In this document: in pieces, positions 25,616-40,010 of the stretch
Layout: each line of letters opens with the position of its first letter
Position numbering within the stretch: position 1 is the stretch's first letter
Assembly (NCBI RefSeq): GCF_018350175.1
Contig: NC_058368.1
Location: 27,964,001 to 28,028,000 of the forward strand
Direction: 5' to 3'
DNA length: 64,000 nucleotides
DNA from: Felis catus
Lineage: Eukaryota
Translations under genes and position numbers: made by a program
Notes under the pieces: model-generated
Seen by the model: the letters and a program-made list of their open reading frames with translations, nothing else
What the model was told of the DNA's origin: nothing
The model's database searches: none

Positions 25616-26005
25616 TGTAGTGGGTTGAATGATGGTCCCCGGAAGAGATGTGTCCATGTTCCAATCTCCTGAACCTGGAAAGGTGACTTCATTTGGAAAG
25701 AGTAAGCAGATCATCTTAGATTATCCAAGTGTGTTCTAAATCCAATAACAAGTGTCCTTATAAGAGGCACACAGGGAAGAGACACAGAGAAGAGGAGAAA
25801 GCCATGGGAAGGTGGAGGTGGCCATTGGAGGGACGCAGCCACAAGCCAGGAAATGCAGACAGTCCCTGGAAGTTGGGAGAGGCAAGGAAAGAGGCACCTC
25901 TAAGAGCCTCTGGGGAGAGCGTGGCCGTGCTGCTGCCTCAATTTCAGATTTCTATCCTAGAACTACGAAAAAAATGCTTTTCTGGTTTTTTAAACCACTC
26001 GGTTG
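25616..26005 (+). mobile_element. MLT1-type MaLR LTR
   Basis: tgtagtgggttgaat.atggtcccc...ctaaatccaataacaagtgtccttataagag...cacaagccaggaaatgc...gaggcaagga. Confidence 0.85.
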
Positions 26006-26089
26006 AAAAAGCGGGAGAGCTTGCAAGCAGAGTACTTATGGGACCATGATGGCTGCTTCAAAAGTAAGCTCTCCTGGCCTCAGTACGTG

Positions 26090-26416
26090 TTGTGTTTTCT
26101 CCTCCAACTATCCCCCTCCAACTTCTTTGTTTGACTGTCTGCTACCTTCCCTTCAGAATTCCACTCAAAGGTCACTTCCTCTCTAAAACCTTCCACACCC
26201 AAGCCTGGCTTAGATGTCCTGCCATGGGCTTCTGGAACAAATCCTAACTACTTATCATGTCATATCGTATTTACAATGTAAGTTACTCATCTATCCATAC
26301 CCCTGGACTTTACACTCACGGACCTACAATATTAACTTTGCATTTCCAGTATCTAGCACTGTCCCTGGCCAAGGTAACCATGTAACAAATGTTCCTTGAA
26401 TTATGGAATGAATGAC
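26090..26416 (+). mobile_element. L2 3' fragment
   Basis: ccagtatctagcactgtccctggc...aaatgttccttgaat..gaatgaatga. Confidence 0.65.
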
Positions 26417-27359
26417 TTTGGAAGTCTACTATGCTGAAAGTTTTGGATTTATTACTCATGGTAGTATGATTTCAGCAAGCAGAATTATGACCGGAGTACA
26501 AATAATGAAGTCTCCACACGAGTAGAGACATCCTACAGATGGGATATACTGACCTACCTTTATATAGGCTGTATGAAGTAGCATGTACCCATAATTGGAA
26601 GTGCCCAAACAAGGGCCTGATATGAGAAACAGTGTTGATGTGACCCTCTGCATTATTTAGTTGGTGGAGTCAAGTATGCTCTAGGGACTTTTCTTGCTCT
26701 AAGATTTTATCACTTTCCAGAGCCTGGAATTTCTATAAAAGATCTAGTGCTAAGTGATTCCAGTGATCCAGTTCCATCGAATTCATTGAAGTGAAGTTTC
26801 GACCACTATCAATTACCGAATGTGTTCACTACTACTAGAATTACTTAGATGAGTAATGTTTCTATCAAGAAACATTAAGCATTACGGTAAAATTGTTCAT
26901 GACTCATGTAACAGACACAAAATGCTGTGGGTGTTCACAGGAGGAAAAGATCATATCTACTAGAAGAGAATCAAAGAAAACAGGATGAAGCAGGTGACTT
27001 TTGAGAAGGGTCTTGAGCAATAGCTAGTATTTTTAAAGAGTTTAGGAATAAAGCCTTTTTAATGGTTGTTTCCTGTTTCCTCATTCTTTATTAAGATCCA
27101 GCTTGTATTTTATAAAATTTTTTATTGGGAGAGTTAGGCCTACATACTCCTCTTTAGTCATTTTAGCGTAATGACATTTGGCTTATGAATGGGCAATCAT
27201 TCATTTGCTAAGAAGTAGGATATGGGGCAAGAACGTTCAGCCAGAAAGAAACCCTTCCATATGGTCCATATACTCTGTCACTAACTCTTGAAATTCCAGC
27301 ACTAAAGATTCATTCCTTTGACTTATGTCAGTATAGTATGTCCCCACCCACCCACTTCC

Positions 27360-27476
27360 ATTAGTAGGCTCCAAGCCCAGCCAAACATGGGACTTGAACT
27401 CATAACCCTGAGATCAAGACCTGAGATGACATCAAGAGTCTAACACTTAACCAACTGAGCCACCCAGATTCCCTGC
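27360..27476 (-). mobile_element. Older short CAN-SINE
   Basis: ggacttgaactcataaccctgagatcaagacctgag...cttaaccaactgagccacccag. Confidence 0.85.
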
Positions 27477-30039
27477 CCCCTTTCCATTCTTAAGAGTTAC
27501 AATTTTTATTTGTGCTATATTGATTTTTTTCTTGATCAGTCTTACCAGAAAGTGTGTGTTGTTTTAATCTTTCCAGAGAAATGTTTTTACTTTGTTGGTC
27601 TTGCCTCTTTGTTTTCTCTTTGTCAATTTCTGCTCTTATTTTTAAAATCATTTTTAATCTATTTTCTTTGGTTTTATTCTTTTTTTTTGAATATAACTTC
27701 TAGATATGAGCACTTAGCTCGCTTATTTTCTGCATTCTTTTTTATGATATAAGCATTGTCTGTGGGAGAGTATCTAGAAAGAAGAGGCTGGAGGATGTTC
27801 AAGATGGTGTCCGTGTATCCTGCAATCTTCTTAGAGGGCTAGCCCAGCTGTTTGCAGAAGTGTTTGTTTGCCAGAATGTGCTAGTATGACTTTTCTGATC
27901 CTTTATCTATTTTCATTTTCGGGATTTAGACTCACACTCATATTCTCTTTAGGAAATATCCACATTTAATTAGCTGCCCAGAGGAAATTGTGTAGTTCCA
28001 ATTACTGTCTCCTATTCTGACAACAAGTTGCAGCAACCTGAAAGGCATGACATTAAATGTTTTCTCCAGAGGTATACATTTTTTATCAAAAGCAAAACTT
28101 TCCAAGTGACATAAACATATTATTAAGTACTGGTGTTTCTTTAAATAAAAATTAAAGACTGGTGGAAACAAATATAAATGATTACACATAACTCATTCTA
28201 AAAACCATTCTAGTTTACTGCTAGACATCATTGCTTAATCTAGATTTTGTGTTTTTATAGAAGTGAGGAAATGGAGATAAACTGTAATAAATATAGTGGC
28301 CCAGGTCATTCATCTATCAATGTATTAATGCTTTTATTCAGCAAAGAACAAACTACTGAGCTAGGTACTAAGGAGATAGTAATAATTTATAAGAACCAAT
28401 CTCTGTTTTAGGATATTTAGAATCCTGTACGGTAACGAAAACATCATCTGAAGTAAATACAAAATAAATAAAAAAGTGACAAATGTCAAATGGGGATATG
28501 GGTATGTGCTCTGTGAGTTCACTGCTGAGAGTTGGCTCTGTCCTTTTTGGTTCTTATTATAATTTTTATCCAGTATCTAAGGTCTTTGGGGTCCTGGGAA
28601 CATAATACTTGGTTCAGCTCTCTTGAATCTCTTCTCTTTTTCTAACACGGAGGGAGAAAAGGCCTTCTTTTTATTTCAGAAACAACAGCACAAAGTTTGA
28701 ACAGCTTAAGCTATCACTTATGGTGGCTTATGAAATGAATAAGCCATGAATACTTCTCTGGAACGATCATAACCATTAGGAACTATAAACAAACAAAAAA
28801 ACCAAATCAATAGTTTACGTCACAGTGAAATAATGCCTTGTTTCTTCTTTCTAGAAGAGACTGCACAAAACACTTCATTCTCTTTAATCTGCTCTAACCC
28901 CATCATATCCCATTGTTTATGATACTAACAGTAACGACAATGCAATATAGCATGCTCAGTGACTCATCAGCACCCGCCTTCCAGAAGCACTCAGCTTGCA
29001 CATACACAATGAGTAATGGCTCACAGACACATTGCTTAATATCTGTAATCAGTTTTAGTCTGATGCGGTGCTCAAAATGCATTCTTCTTTTCCAATAAAT
29101 GATAAATTATAAGGCTATTGCCTGGCAAAGAGAGAGCCATTTTTCCGCGGCCAAAGATTTATTTTCCAGCCAAGTTGTTTTTGAATCCTAGAATGTCACT
29201 TTCAGCTGTTTCCAATTCTCTAAACAAGTATCTGCCAATCACCCAGACATGTGAGAGGCAACGCTTGAGTGTGTAGTTATTTAATGGGAAGTGTTACCAT
29301 CAGGACTGAAGAGATGGTCTGTCAAAATCTGAGAGGGTAGCAAGAAGAAATTGGGGAGGAGTTGAGAGGGGAAAACAAGGGAAGGAGGAGGAAAAAAAGC
29401 GACATAGACACAATGAACTAGAAAATTTCACAAGACATAAAACCTCACCAAAAAATTATGGTTTTTCAAATGAGGCTAAAGCCTTTGAAATATTCTTGGA
29501 AAAGGATTCCCTTAGCTACAGAAAAATTGTAAACAAGATTACAGAGACACTAGTTAACCTATAGTAACAATTCTTTACGTCTTTTAGTAGTGTCTATTTA
29601 TAAAAGCAAAGAGATTGCCTGTTTCCTTGTACACAAGAGCAGCGTTGCTGAGGCTTACTTGACAGTCCTTCATTAATCACCGATGTTTGTCACTGTACTA
29701 ATTCCCAGAATTGAGTTTTTAAATGTTGCATAATTCAGGCTTCTCTTTACCAGATTGTTTTAAATTAGTGAAGGTATCTGTTAATGAGTTTAGCACCAAT
29801 ATGCTAATAATTATTATTTCATAATTCTGAATTATTACTTTGCTTGGCACCTTGCTGATGAAGAGTAATAATATAGGTAGAATAAGAATGTCGGGATATT
29901 TACAGGGGCTGTGCAGGCGTTCTTGACTTACAGACGGATGCCTAGACTGCAGGGTCACCGCAAATACCTGCTTTACTTAAGGTTCCATGAACCTGATACT
30001 CTCACAGATATGGTGGGGAGACTGCTTTCTCCTTCTGGA

Positions 30040-30915
30040 AATTTCTCCTCACTTGACTTCCAGTTTTATGGTCTTTGCATTTTTCTTCTTCCTGTATGAT
30101 AACTACTTCATCATCTCTTTCAATGGTTTCTCTTTATCTCTCTCATTTAATCAGTTTCCACTGGCCCTTTTCTCCACTTGTACATTTCCTCTTGGGTAAT
30201 GGCATCATTTCCCATGTAACGGTGAGCCAGGTTATTTTATGGATCTGCTGGTAAATTTAAAATTTGTACTTCCTGATTTAACCTGGTTTCTGGACCTCAG
30301 ACTGTATTTCCGACCAGACATCTCTACCTGATGAGTTCTGCAGGCACCTAAAACTTGATATACTTAAACTGAACACATCGACTCTTTCTGCTCCCAAACT
30401 TATTCCTCCTTTGTTCCTTAACTTGGATGACAATAGTCGCACTCATTGCTTAAGCAAGGCACTCCTCCCACATCTTACCTGTTATCAACTAAGTCAGGCC
30501 AATTTTATCTCCAGTTTCTTCTCCACTGATCATTCTTTCTACCTGTATCATAATTTGGACTACAGACTCTTTACGGTGCATTTTGATCTCCCAAGAAATC
30601 ATCCCGCTCTCACTCTACCACACAACTTGTGTTTTAAACACAGCAGAGAATTCACCATTACTTAAGTATATTAATATGTTATGTCCTCCCAATAAGCTTG
30701 ACCTTCTTTTCATGATTTACCCTCTGCCTGCCTGGAATGCCCTTTTGACTTACCCCTTGTGAAAATCATGTCAAGATTAAGACATGGGCTATGGAGTCAG
30801 AGCTGGGTTGATGCGACCATTCTGCTTATTAAACATGTGACACTCCACAAATAGGTTTATTCTATGTTTCAGTTTCTTTATCTGTAAAATGGGGAAAAAA
30901 CATGCATACCTCATA
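30040..30915 (+). mobile_element. L2 fragments followed by a MIR (about 30780-30915)
   Basis: gacatctctacctga...caggcacctaaaact..ata.tta.actgaac; cagtttctttatctgtaaaatgggg. Confidence 0.6.
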
Positions 30916-30924
30916 CAACTTTTT

Positions 30925-33900
30925 TCAGACTTTCTAAAAAATTCAGACTTTGTTTCGGGTTTACAGCAAAATTAAGGAGAAGGTACAGACATTTCCCATA
31001 TACCCCCAATCCCCACACATGCATAGTCTCCACCTCTATCCACATCCTCCACCAGAATGGTACGTTTGTCAAAATTGACAAACCTACACTGACACATCAT
31101 GATCACCCCAAGTCCATTGTTTACCTTACTGTTCATTCTTGGTGTTGTAAATTCTATGGGTTTAGACGCAGATATAATGCCATGTATTCATCATTATGGT
31201 CATTAGACTTTCCATATTCTTGTTTACCATCTGTATATCTTCTTTGGTGAGATGTCTGATAAGATCTTCAGCCCATTTTTAATGGGCTGTGTCTTATTGT
31301 TTCTTATTGTTTGTCTCTTATTATTGAGTTTTAAAATGGTTCTTTGTATATTTTAGATAATAGCCCTTTACCAGGGCTATATTTTGCAAATACTTTCTCC
31401 CAGGGTATAGCTTGTTTCTTTGTTCTCTTGATATTATCTTTTTCAGAGATTAGAAGTTTTTAATTTTAATGATGGTTGGCCTATCACTTCCTTGTTGCAT
31501 GTACTGTGTCTTTGATGTTGCATTTAAAAAGTCATCACCAGGGGCGCCTGGGTGGCGCAGTCGGTTAAGCGTCCGACTTCAGCCAGGTCACGATCTTGCG
31601 GTCCATGAGTTCGAGCCCCGCGTCGGGCTCTGGGCTGATGGCTCGGAGCCTGGAGCCTGTTTCCGATTCTGTGTCTCCCTCTCTCTCTCTGCCCCTCCCC
31701 CATTCATGCTCTGTCTCTCTCTGTCCCAAAAATAAATAAACGTTGAAAAAAAAAATTAAAAAGTCATCACCATACACAAGATCATTTAAATTTTCTCCTA
31801 ATTTATCTTCTAGAATTTTTCCCATTTTGCATTATACATTTAGCTCTGTGATTGATTTTGAGTTCATTTTTTTGAAGGATGTAAGGTCTATGTCTAGTTT
31901 TGTTTTTTGTTTTTTTTGGTTTTTTTGCATGTGGATGTCCAGTTGTTTTGGCACCATTTGTTGAAAAGACTATTGTGTTGCCTTTGCTCCTTTGTCAAAG
32001 ATCAGGTGATTATATTTATCAGGTCTATTTTTGGACTGTCTGTTCTGTTCCTCTGATTTATTTGTCTAATCTTTGGCTCATAGCCCCCTATCTTGATTAC
32101 TGATTATAGTAAGTCTTAAAGTCAGGTAGTGTCAATCTTGCAACTTTGTTCTTCTTCCATATTGTGTTGGCTGTTGAGGTCTTTTGCCTCTTCATATAAA
32201 CATTTGAATAAATTTTTCAATATCCACAAAATCACTAGCTGGGATTTGTTTTGGATTTCATTGAATCTTTAGGTCAAGCTGGGAAAAACTGACATCTTGG
32301 CCATATTGAGTCTTCCTATTCATGAACATGGAATATCTCCCCATTTATTTGGTTCTGCTTTGGTTACATTCATCAGAGTTGTATTTTTCCTCATACAGAT
32401 CTTGTACATATTTTGTTAGATTTAGACTTAGGTATTTTATTTTAGGGGTTGCTAATATAAATGATACTGTGTTTTTTATTACACATTCCACTTATTCATT
32501 GCTGATATATAGCAAAGCGATTGACTTTTGTATATTAACCTTGCATCCTGAAAACTTCCTATAATTGCTTATTAGTTCCAGTAGTTTGTTTTGGTCACTT
32601 CTTTAGGGTTTTCTACATAAATAATCATGCTATCTGTGAACAAAGACAGTTTCAGTTTTATTTCTTCTTTCTCAATCATCATACCTTTTATTTCCTTTCT
32701 CCTCTGACCACACTGCTAGAACTGATGTTGGAGAGGAGTGGTGAGAGGAGACATTCTTACCTTGTACCTGGTTTTATTCATAAAACTTTAAGTTTCTCAC
32801 CCTTAAGTATGATGTTAGCTGTAGGATTTTTGTAGATATTCTTTATCAAGTTGAGGAAGTTATCCTCTCTTCCTAGTTTACTAAAACTTTGTATCATGAA
32901 TGGGTGTTGGATTTTGTCAAATGCCTGTTCTGTATATATTGATAAAATTTATGTGATTTTTCATTTTAGCTTGTTGATGTGATGGATTACGTTAATTGAT
33001 TTTTGAATGTTAAACTAGCTTGCATATGTGAGGTAGAACCTACTTGGTCATGATATATAATTCTCTGTTACCTTGTTGTATTCAATTTGCTAATATAATG
33101 TTGATGATTTTTCTGTGTTCCTGAGAGATATTGGTTTATAATGATCTTTTCTTATACGGTCTTTGGTTTTGGTATTAGGGTAATGCTGACCTGATAGAAT
33201 GAGCTAAGAAGCACTCCTTCTGCTTCTGTTCTCTGAAAGAGATTGTACAGACTCGATATAATTTCTTCCTTAAATATTTGGCAGAATTCACCAGCCAACC
33301 CATCTAGTCCTGATGCTTTCTGTTTTGGAAGGTTATTGATTATTAGTTCAATTTCTTTCATAGATATAAGCGTATTCAGATTGTCTGTTTCTCTTGTGTG
33401 AGTTTTGGCAGATTGTCTTTGGAGGAATTGGTCCATTTGATCTAAATTCTCTAATTTGTGGGCATGGAGCCATATATAGTATTCCTTTATTTTCCTTTTA
33501 ATATCCATAGAATCGCTAATGATGTCCCCTCTTTCATTTCTGATATTAGTAATTTGTAATTTTCTTTATTTTTTCTTAGCCTGTTGAGAGGCTTATTAAT
33601 TTTATTGATCTTTTCTGACAACCAGTTTTTGGCTTCATTGATTTTCTCTGTTAATTTCTTGTTTTCAATCTCATTGAATATCTGCTCTAATATTTATTAT
33701 TTCTTTATGTCTGCTTACTTTGAATCTAATTTGTTCTTCTTTTTCTAGTTTCCTAAGGTGGAAGCTTCAATGATGATTTCAAATCTTTCTTCTCTTCTAA
33801 TATATATATTCAATACTATAAATTTCCCTGTAAGAAGAACTTTTACTTCATCCCACAAATTTTCATATATTGTGTTTTCATTTTCATTTAGCTAAAAATA

Positions 33901-34233
33901 TTAATTTATCTTGAAAACTCTTCTTTGATCTGTGTGTTAATTAGCCATACATTGTTTAATCTCCACATATTTCGAGATCTTCCAGTTATCTCTGTCAGAT
34001 TTCTAATTTAATTCCATTGTTTTCTGGGAGCACATCTTATATGATTTTAATTCTTTAAATTTGTTAAAGTGTGTTCTGTGGCCCGGAATGTGGTCTGTCT
34101 TAGTGAATCTTTTATTTGAGCTTATCAATTATATCCAATTGATTGATGGTGTTATTGAGTTCAACTCTGTCCTTTCTGATTTTCTCCCTCCTGGATCTGT
34201 TTCTGATAGAGGTATGTTGAAGACTTCAACTAT

Positions 34234-34235
<2 letters not shown>
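30925..34235 (-). mobile_element. L1MC1/2-like LINE (3'UTR plus ORF2), with an internal deletion and a SINE insertion
   Basis: L1MC 3' end (cagcaaaatt..g.gaaggtacaga.atttcccatatacccc); ORF 33152-33508 (-) gives IKEYY..LHAHKLENLDQMDQFL...ITLIPKP (ORF2). Confidence 0.88.
31541..31757 (+). mobile_element. Young felid SINE (SINEC_Fc-like)
   Basis: ggggcgcctgggtggcgcagtcgg head with many CpGs retained; 15-bp TSD aaaaagtcatcacca at 31526-31540 and 31758-31772. Confidence 0.97.
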
Positions 34236-34509
<274 letters not shown>

Positions 34510-35683
34510 TCAGTTTGAAGGATGCCATATTATTAGCATGCTTAGTGTCCTTTATGATTATTTGTTCAGAGAACTGCAGGCCTTGTTGTAGCCCTAAGTA
34601 GAAACTAATAAATAAGAAAGCCACTTCTTCCCTTCTTTTTCTCTCCTCTGTTTTCCCTGTGATGTTGATCATAACATGGCTACCTTCACACTAGAAGGGA
34701 TTTAGGCACAAATAGAAGAAAACGTTTGACAAAAATATTGCTTTTTTAATATAGCATGTAGTGAGATATAAAACTACATTTTATCTGTTTCAAAGATTGA
34801 ATTTCATCAGTTCATAGAACATGCTTCATTATACTGGTTAGTGATGCCTATTAAAAATAAGATTCCCAAATGCCGTGTCAGCTTGCATATTTCTGACAAA
34901 GAGGTCCAAAAATATTCCATTGCATGTTCCAATAAAAAGTGTTCAGTTTGGAGTGAAGTTGTAAGGATGATTGGACAGTCTACCCTTTTATTTATATTCC
35001 TCTCAAAATCGATCTCAAGCCATTTCAACAATGATTTGATTCAAGTGTTTCATTTTCAATAAATACTGAGTTGCTTGACAGCCACAACTGTATTTTACTT
35101 AACTCTTAATCTGCAGATTCTAGCAAATGCCTGGCACACAGTAGGTGTTCAATTCATTTTGACACATGAAGGAAATTTGTGTAATACTTTTGCGGTTGAA
35201 TTATAATTATTCTGCAGGAATTCTTCCCATGTGACCCACTGCTTGACGGCCACGCTATTCAACTAATGTGACAGACCTCACATCTTCCATTAAATGCAGA
35301 ATCTGGGACAGAGCCACCCATCCGGGGCATATTAACAAAAGACTGGGTGGTGTTATGATTCCAGTGAGTGGTCAGTTGGATCGAGTTCTGTTCTCACATA
35401 AGGAGAAGAGATTTCACAATTCTCATAATTATCTGTGCTTTATTGCTTGTATTCACAGCTTTTTTGTTTTCATAGGACATGAATCTGGTCCATTTGGAAT
35501 GGACATTTCCCTTGTAAAAGACCCAAAAAATATAATCCCAGATGATTTCTTTTTTTTAGGATTTTAAGTACGTTAAAGAGCCAGGCACAATCTATGTACT
35601 TGATACATCTTCTGTATTAAATGTTATCTAGTTGTTTCCTTTCATATTAAAAAATGTGACTCTCGTGTCTGATAAAGGCATTG

Positions 35684-36035
35684 TGTAATAAGAGTCTGAC
35701 TGCAGTTTTGGTGTCTGAGTGCTGATAGCTTTCAAATCCCCACCACCTCCCCTGCCTTCTCCTCATTCCACGTAAGCTGATAAAGGAGCCCAAGCTCTGC
35801 GTCCCTTGGCACTGGTGGAGTATTACACCGTGCAAGCCCACTCTCTAACACTGTAAACCCCAAGCCAATCTCTGTTCCAAGCTCTGTTGAGCAATTTTTG
35901 GGCCTGCTTGGAAACCTGTCCCTAGGAAGCATCGTTATGTGAATAATAAATCTCTTCCTACCCTTCTGGTGCATGGGTGGCATCATTAGTCTTGACATCT
36001 TGAACCAGATTTGGGGGGGAAAGTCCATCTGCCTT
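35684..36035 (+). mobile_element. Probable ERV LTR (family not assigned)
   Basis: Starts tgtaataagagtctgact..agtttt; AATAAA at about 35945; LTR-like length and layout. Confidence 0.5.
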
Positions 36036-36059
36036 TGTTAAAAAAAAAAAAAAAAAGAA

Positions 36060-37022
36060 AAGTACTGGGAATACATAACTAGTATTTGGAATACAGAAAG
36101 AACTCTAACCATACAATAATAAAATAGCGACCCAATAAGAAATGGACCAAAGGTGTAAACAATCACGTCACAAATTGCACAGTCACATGAAACGCTGCTT
36201 AGCATTATTTAGTTTAATCATTAGTCATTCAACAGGAAGATGCAAACAAAGCCATCATGTGATATCACCGCACACTTCTTAAATGGCTACAATATGTTTA
36301 AATTACAAAACCAAGTGCTAGTGTCGATGTAGAGCACCCGGATCTCTTGTACACTGCTGATGGGAATGCAAACGGCTACAGTCATTTTGGAAGACAGGCA
36401 GTTTCTTGTAAAGTTGCCCGTGTGCTTACCATACAACCCAGCAATTCCAGTCCTAGGTTAAAAAAAAAAGAAAAGAAAACATATGTATGCAGAAAAACCT
36501 GTACGCATTTGTTTGTGTCGGCTTCATTCATCATCTCCCCAAACAGACCAACATCTCCCCATGCAGACCAACCGCATGGCCACAAGTAGTAAATGGACCT
36601 ACATATGATGGCCAGAGCAACCTAATTTTGGTACCTACGTAGAATAAAATCGTCCTCAACACTAAAAGGGATGAACTGGTGATACATGCAACCACATGGA
36701 TGAATTTTGAACTGGATTATATGGTATGTGAAAGACACCCGACTGAAATGGTTACCTAATGTAGAATTCCAATTTTATGGCATTCTGGAAAGGAGAAACT
36801 GTAGGGAGAAGAAATAGGTCAGTGGTTGCCAGGGCCTAGGGATAGGGCAGGGGTTGACTCCAAAGAGACAAGAGGTAATTTTGGAGAGTGATGGAAATGT
36901 TCTATATCTTTACTGTGCTGGTGATTACATGACATTCACATATGTCAAAATTCATAAACTAGTACACAACAGAGAGTAATATTTACCGTATACAAATTAT
37001 ACCTCATAAAACTGGGTTTTAA
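36060..37022 (+). mobile_element. L1ME-like LINE 3' portion
   Basis: tgctgatgggaatgcaaa.ggctaca.tcattttggaa; cagtggttgccaggg; gtgatggaaatgttctatatctt; aaattatacctca.aaaactg. Confidence 0.85.
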
Positions 37023-38499
37023 GTACATGGTTATTCTCATTCATCAGTATCTTCAACACCATATTAGCCAACTTGTATGAAATGCACAGTACCACTGTTT
37101 CCAAATGCACTGGGATGTTTCTCTTCGTCAAAACTGAGAAATACAGGAACCAAATAAAACTCATAGGAGTTTGTTCAGTGAGGACATTAAAAAGCAAAAA
37201 TGTTTTCCTTTCCTTGTTTGCCACGTCTTATTCAACTTTTTTCCCTTTGCTGTTTCGGGCTAGTCGGAGTAAAGATTAAATCGTATCTTTTTAGTGCTCA
37301 CTGGAGATTAAATAAATTCAGAGGTCGGCATGAAAACATTCTAAATGGTTTGAGTTCAGTTAACATTTTGCCTAATGGTATTTTTGCTCATATATCTTAT
37401 CAATTAAGGAGTAATTTTAGATAAGTGAATATCATTAGAAAGGGAAGTATTAAGTGTAGATATTTAAGTACTTATATTGGCCAGAGCAAGAATAATGTGA
37501 TTAAATAATTTGGACAGATTCCTTCTTGATACAATTCGATGAAGAAAAAAGGGGGAGAGTATCAGCTCCTGAGGGGATTGAATGGAATAGATAATCTGTG
37601 GTCAAACAAGCAAAGAGAAGCACTTTACTAAAGATGGGCTTTCTGTCTTCATTAGAAAAATTGAAGATGCTCTAAAGAACTCCATTAAGGATAATGGTGT
37701 CTCTTAGAAGAACTGTGTGCTTCATGGCTTAGGTACTTGATTAAATGTCTAATTCATCCCTTGCTTATCTAATTGATCTTGTTTTCTCCTCCTTCACCCT
37801 GCCCTTGAGATATTCAGAAGGAAATGACATGTAACCACTAGCAACTTCTTTCCCCCTACTCATCAAGGAATGTTGAACTGTGTCTACTTCTATCATAGGT
37901 TCTCTCAATACCTGAAAATGATGAACTGTATTCTGCAAGTGACAGTACTTATTTTGGGAGGACAGCTCCAAGCTGCCCTGAGGATGAGAATCCCTTCTTA
38001 AAATGTAATTGGCTATTGTGGGGGAAAGAGAGAATTCCTCTGTAAAATTCACTTTCTTTCTTTTTAAATAAAAGACCCTTTACTATTATGGGTAAAAAGA
38101 CACTGTTATTATCAATGACTATTGATCCACCTCCATGTCCCTCCCAGAGACTGATAGGTAAGCTTTATCCTGAGAGAGGGTGAGGGGATAAACCATGGTC
38201 AAGCATGGCAGCTGATTGGTAATGTCAACAGGGTCTTTAAAATAAATCAGTATCGATTCCTCCCTTCGTAAAATGTGATGTAAGCGTGGTTTTCAACACT
38301 CTTCTGTTGCTCTGCATGTGCTTGATGACATTTATATATGTGACATAGCTTTTCATTCATTTTGGACACATCCATCAGCACTTGCTATATACCAGGCACT
38401 CTTAGACACTAACAAGAAACAGTGAACGAATAGACAGTAATTCCTTCCCTAAAGTTTACATTCCAGTAATGTGGATAGGTGATAACTAAGATAAATAAG

Positions 38500-38748
38500 T
38501 ACTATATATGCTTAAAGATATAAATAAGTTATGTATATAACTTATATATTAATTATATAACTATATATATAATTAGATATATAATAATATATAATTATTA
38601 TAACTAAGATGTGTATATATATATAAACATATACACACATAAACATATACATACACACATATATGTGTATGTATATGTTTATACACACACATATATGTGT
38701 GTGTGTATATGTTTATATATATATGCATATGTACACACACATACATAC
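38500..38748. repeat. TA/CA/TG low-complexity tract with inverted symmetry
   Basis: Direct reading; see findings. Confidence 0.9.
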
Positions 38749-39122
38749 ATTAGACAGTAACTAGTATATGAAGAAAAATAAAGCAGACAAGAATGATTGA
38801 AGTGTCAGGGCCAAGAGTTATAGTTTTGGATTGTGGCTCAGATAGTCCCATTGACAAGACATCCCTTCAATTAAAGACCTGAAGGAAGTAAGGGAATATG
38901 ACTCGGGGATATCTGGGGAAGAGCATTTGAGGTAGAGCAAACAGAAAATGCAAATGCCCAGAAGTAGGACTTCAGCTGGCATTTTTAAGGAGTAATAAGA
39001 AACTGGGTAAGCTGAGATGGACTGAATGAAGAGGAAAATAATAAGGGATGAAGTTAGAGGGGTAGCTGGAGCCGAATCATGTATAGCCTCATACACACAA
39101 GGCATATTAAAAACTGTGGCTT

Positions 39123-39350
39123 AAAATTTTTTTTGATGTTTATTTTTGAGAGAGAGAGAGAGACAGAGACAGAACATGAGTGGGGGAGGGGCACAGAGAG
39201 AGAGAGAGAGAGGGAGACACAGAATCCGAAGCAGGCTCCTGCCTCTGAGCCTATCAGCACAGCTGACATGGGGCTCAAACCCGTGAGCCACTGAGATCAT
39301 GACCTGAGCCGAAGTCGGACTCTCAACCAGCTGAGCCACCCAGGCGCCCC
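39123..39350 (-). mobile_element. CAN-SINE
   Basis: Ends in ...gagccacccaggcgcccc; TSD ttaaaa(a)ctgtggctt at 39107-39122 and 39351-39365. Confidence 0.95.
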
Positions 39351-39563
39351 TTAAAACTGTGGCTTTTACTCTAAGGGAGGTGGAAAACCACTGGAGGGTT
39401 TTGAGCAAAGAAATAGCATGAGCTGAAGTATTCTTTAATCGTATTGTACTGACCGCTGCATTGAGAATAAACATGGAGAGTAGCCTGCAGATTGGTTTAG
39501 GAGGCTCGTCCACGGTAGTGGCAGTGGTGATGGTGAGAAGGGTTTAAATCCTGGCTATCTCAT

Positions 39564-40010
39564 TATACTGGCTTGAATAGTGTCCCCTCAAAATCCCTGT
39601 CTATCTGAAGCCTCAGAATGAGAACTTACTCAGAAATAGAGTCTTTGCAGATGTAATTAGTTAAGTTAAAATAAGGCTAGTAGTTTAGGGTGTGTTCAAA
39701 AGCCAAGGACTGCTCCCTAGGCAAGAAGGCCACGTGAGGACAGGAGACACTTAGAGAATGCTATGTGAAAAGGAAAGCAGAGATTGGAGTGATGCATTGA
39801 CAAGCTAAGGAGTACCATGGATTTCTGGTAACCACCAGAAGCTAGGAGGAGGCAAGAAAGGATTCTTCCCTTAGAGCCCTCAGAAAGCATGGTCCTGTCA
39901 GCACCTTGATTTCAGACCTCGAGCCTCCAGAATTATGACAGAATAGATCTCTGTTTTACACCACCCCAATTGGTGGCACTTTGTTACGGCAGCCCTAGGA
40001 AACAAATATG
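39564..40010 (+). mobile_element. MLT1C-like MaLR LTR
   Basis: ggcttgaatagtgtcccc...tctttgcagatgtaattagttaag...ccaccagaagctagga..ggcaag...ttgttacggcagccctaggaaac. Confidence 0.88.

Larger units (their letters stand above)
38350..39560 (-). mobile_element. L2 relic interrupted by TA-rich repeats and a SINE
   Basis: ccaggcactcttagacact; aaagacctgaaggaagtaaggga..tga..cggggatatctggggaagagcatt; aaccactggagggttttgagca. Confidence 0.75.

Noticed and set aside
31541..31625. tRNA-like A/B boxes in SINE heads
   Set aside because: CAN-SINEs are tRNA-derived; these are not tRNA genes.
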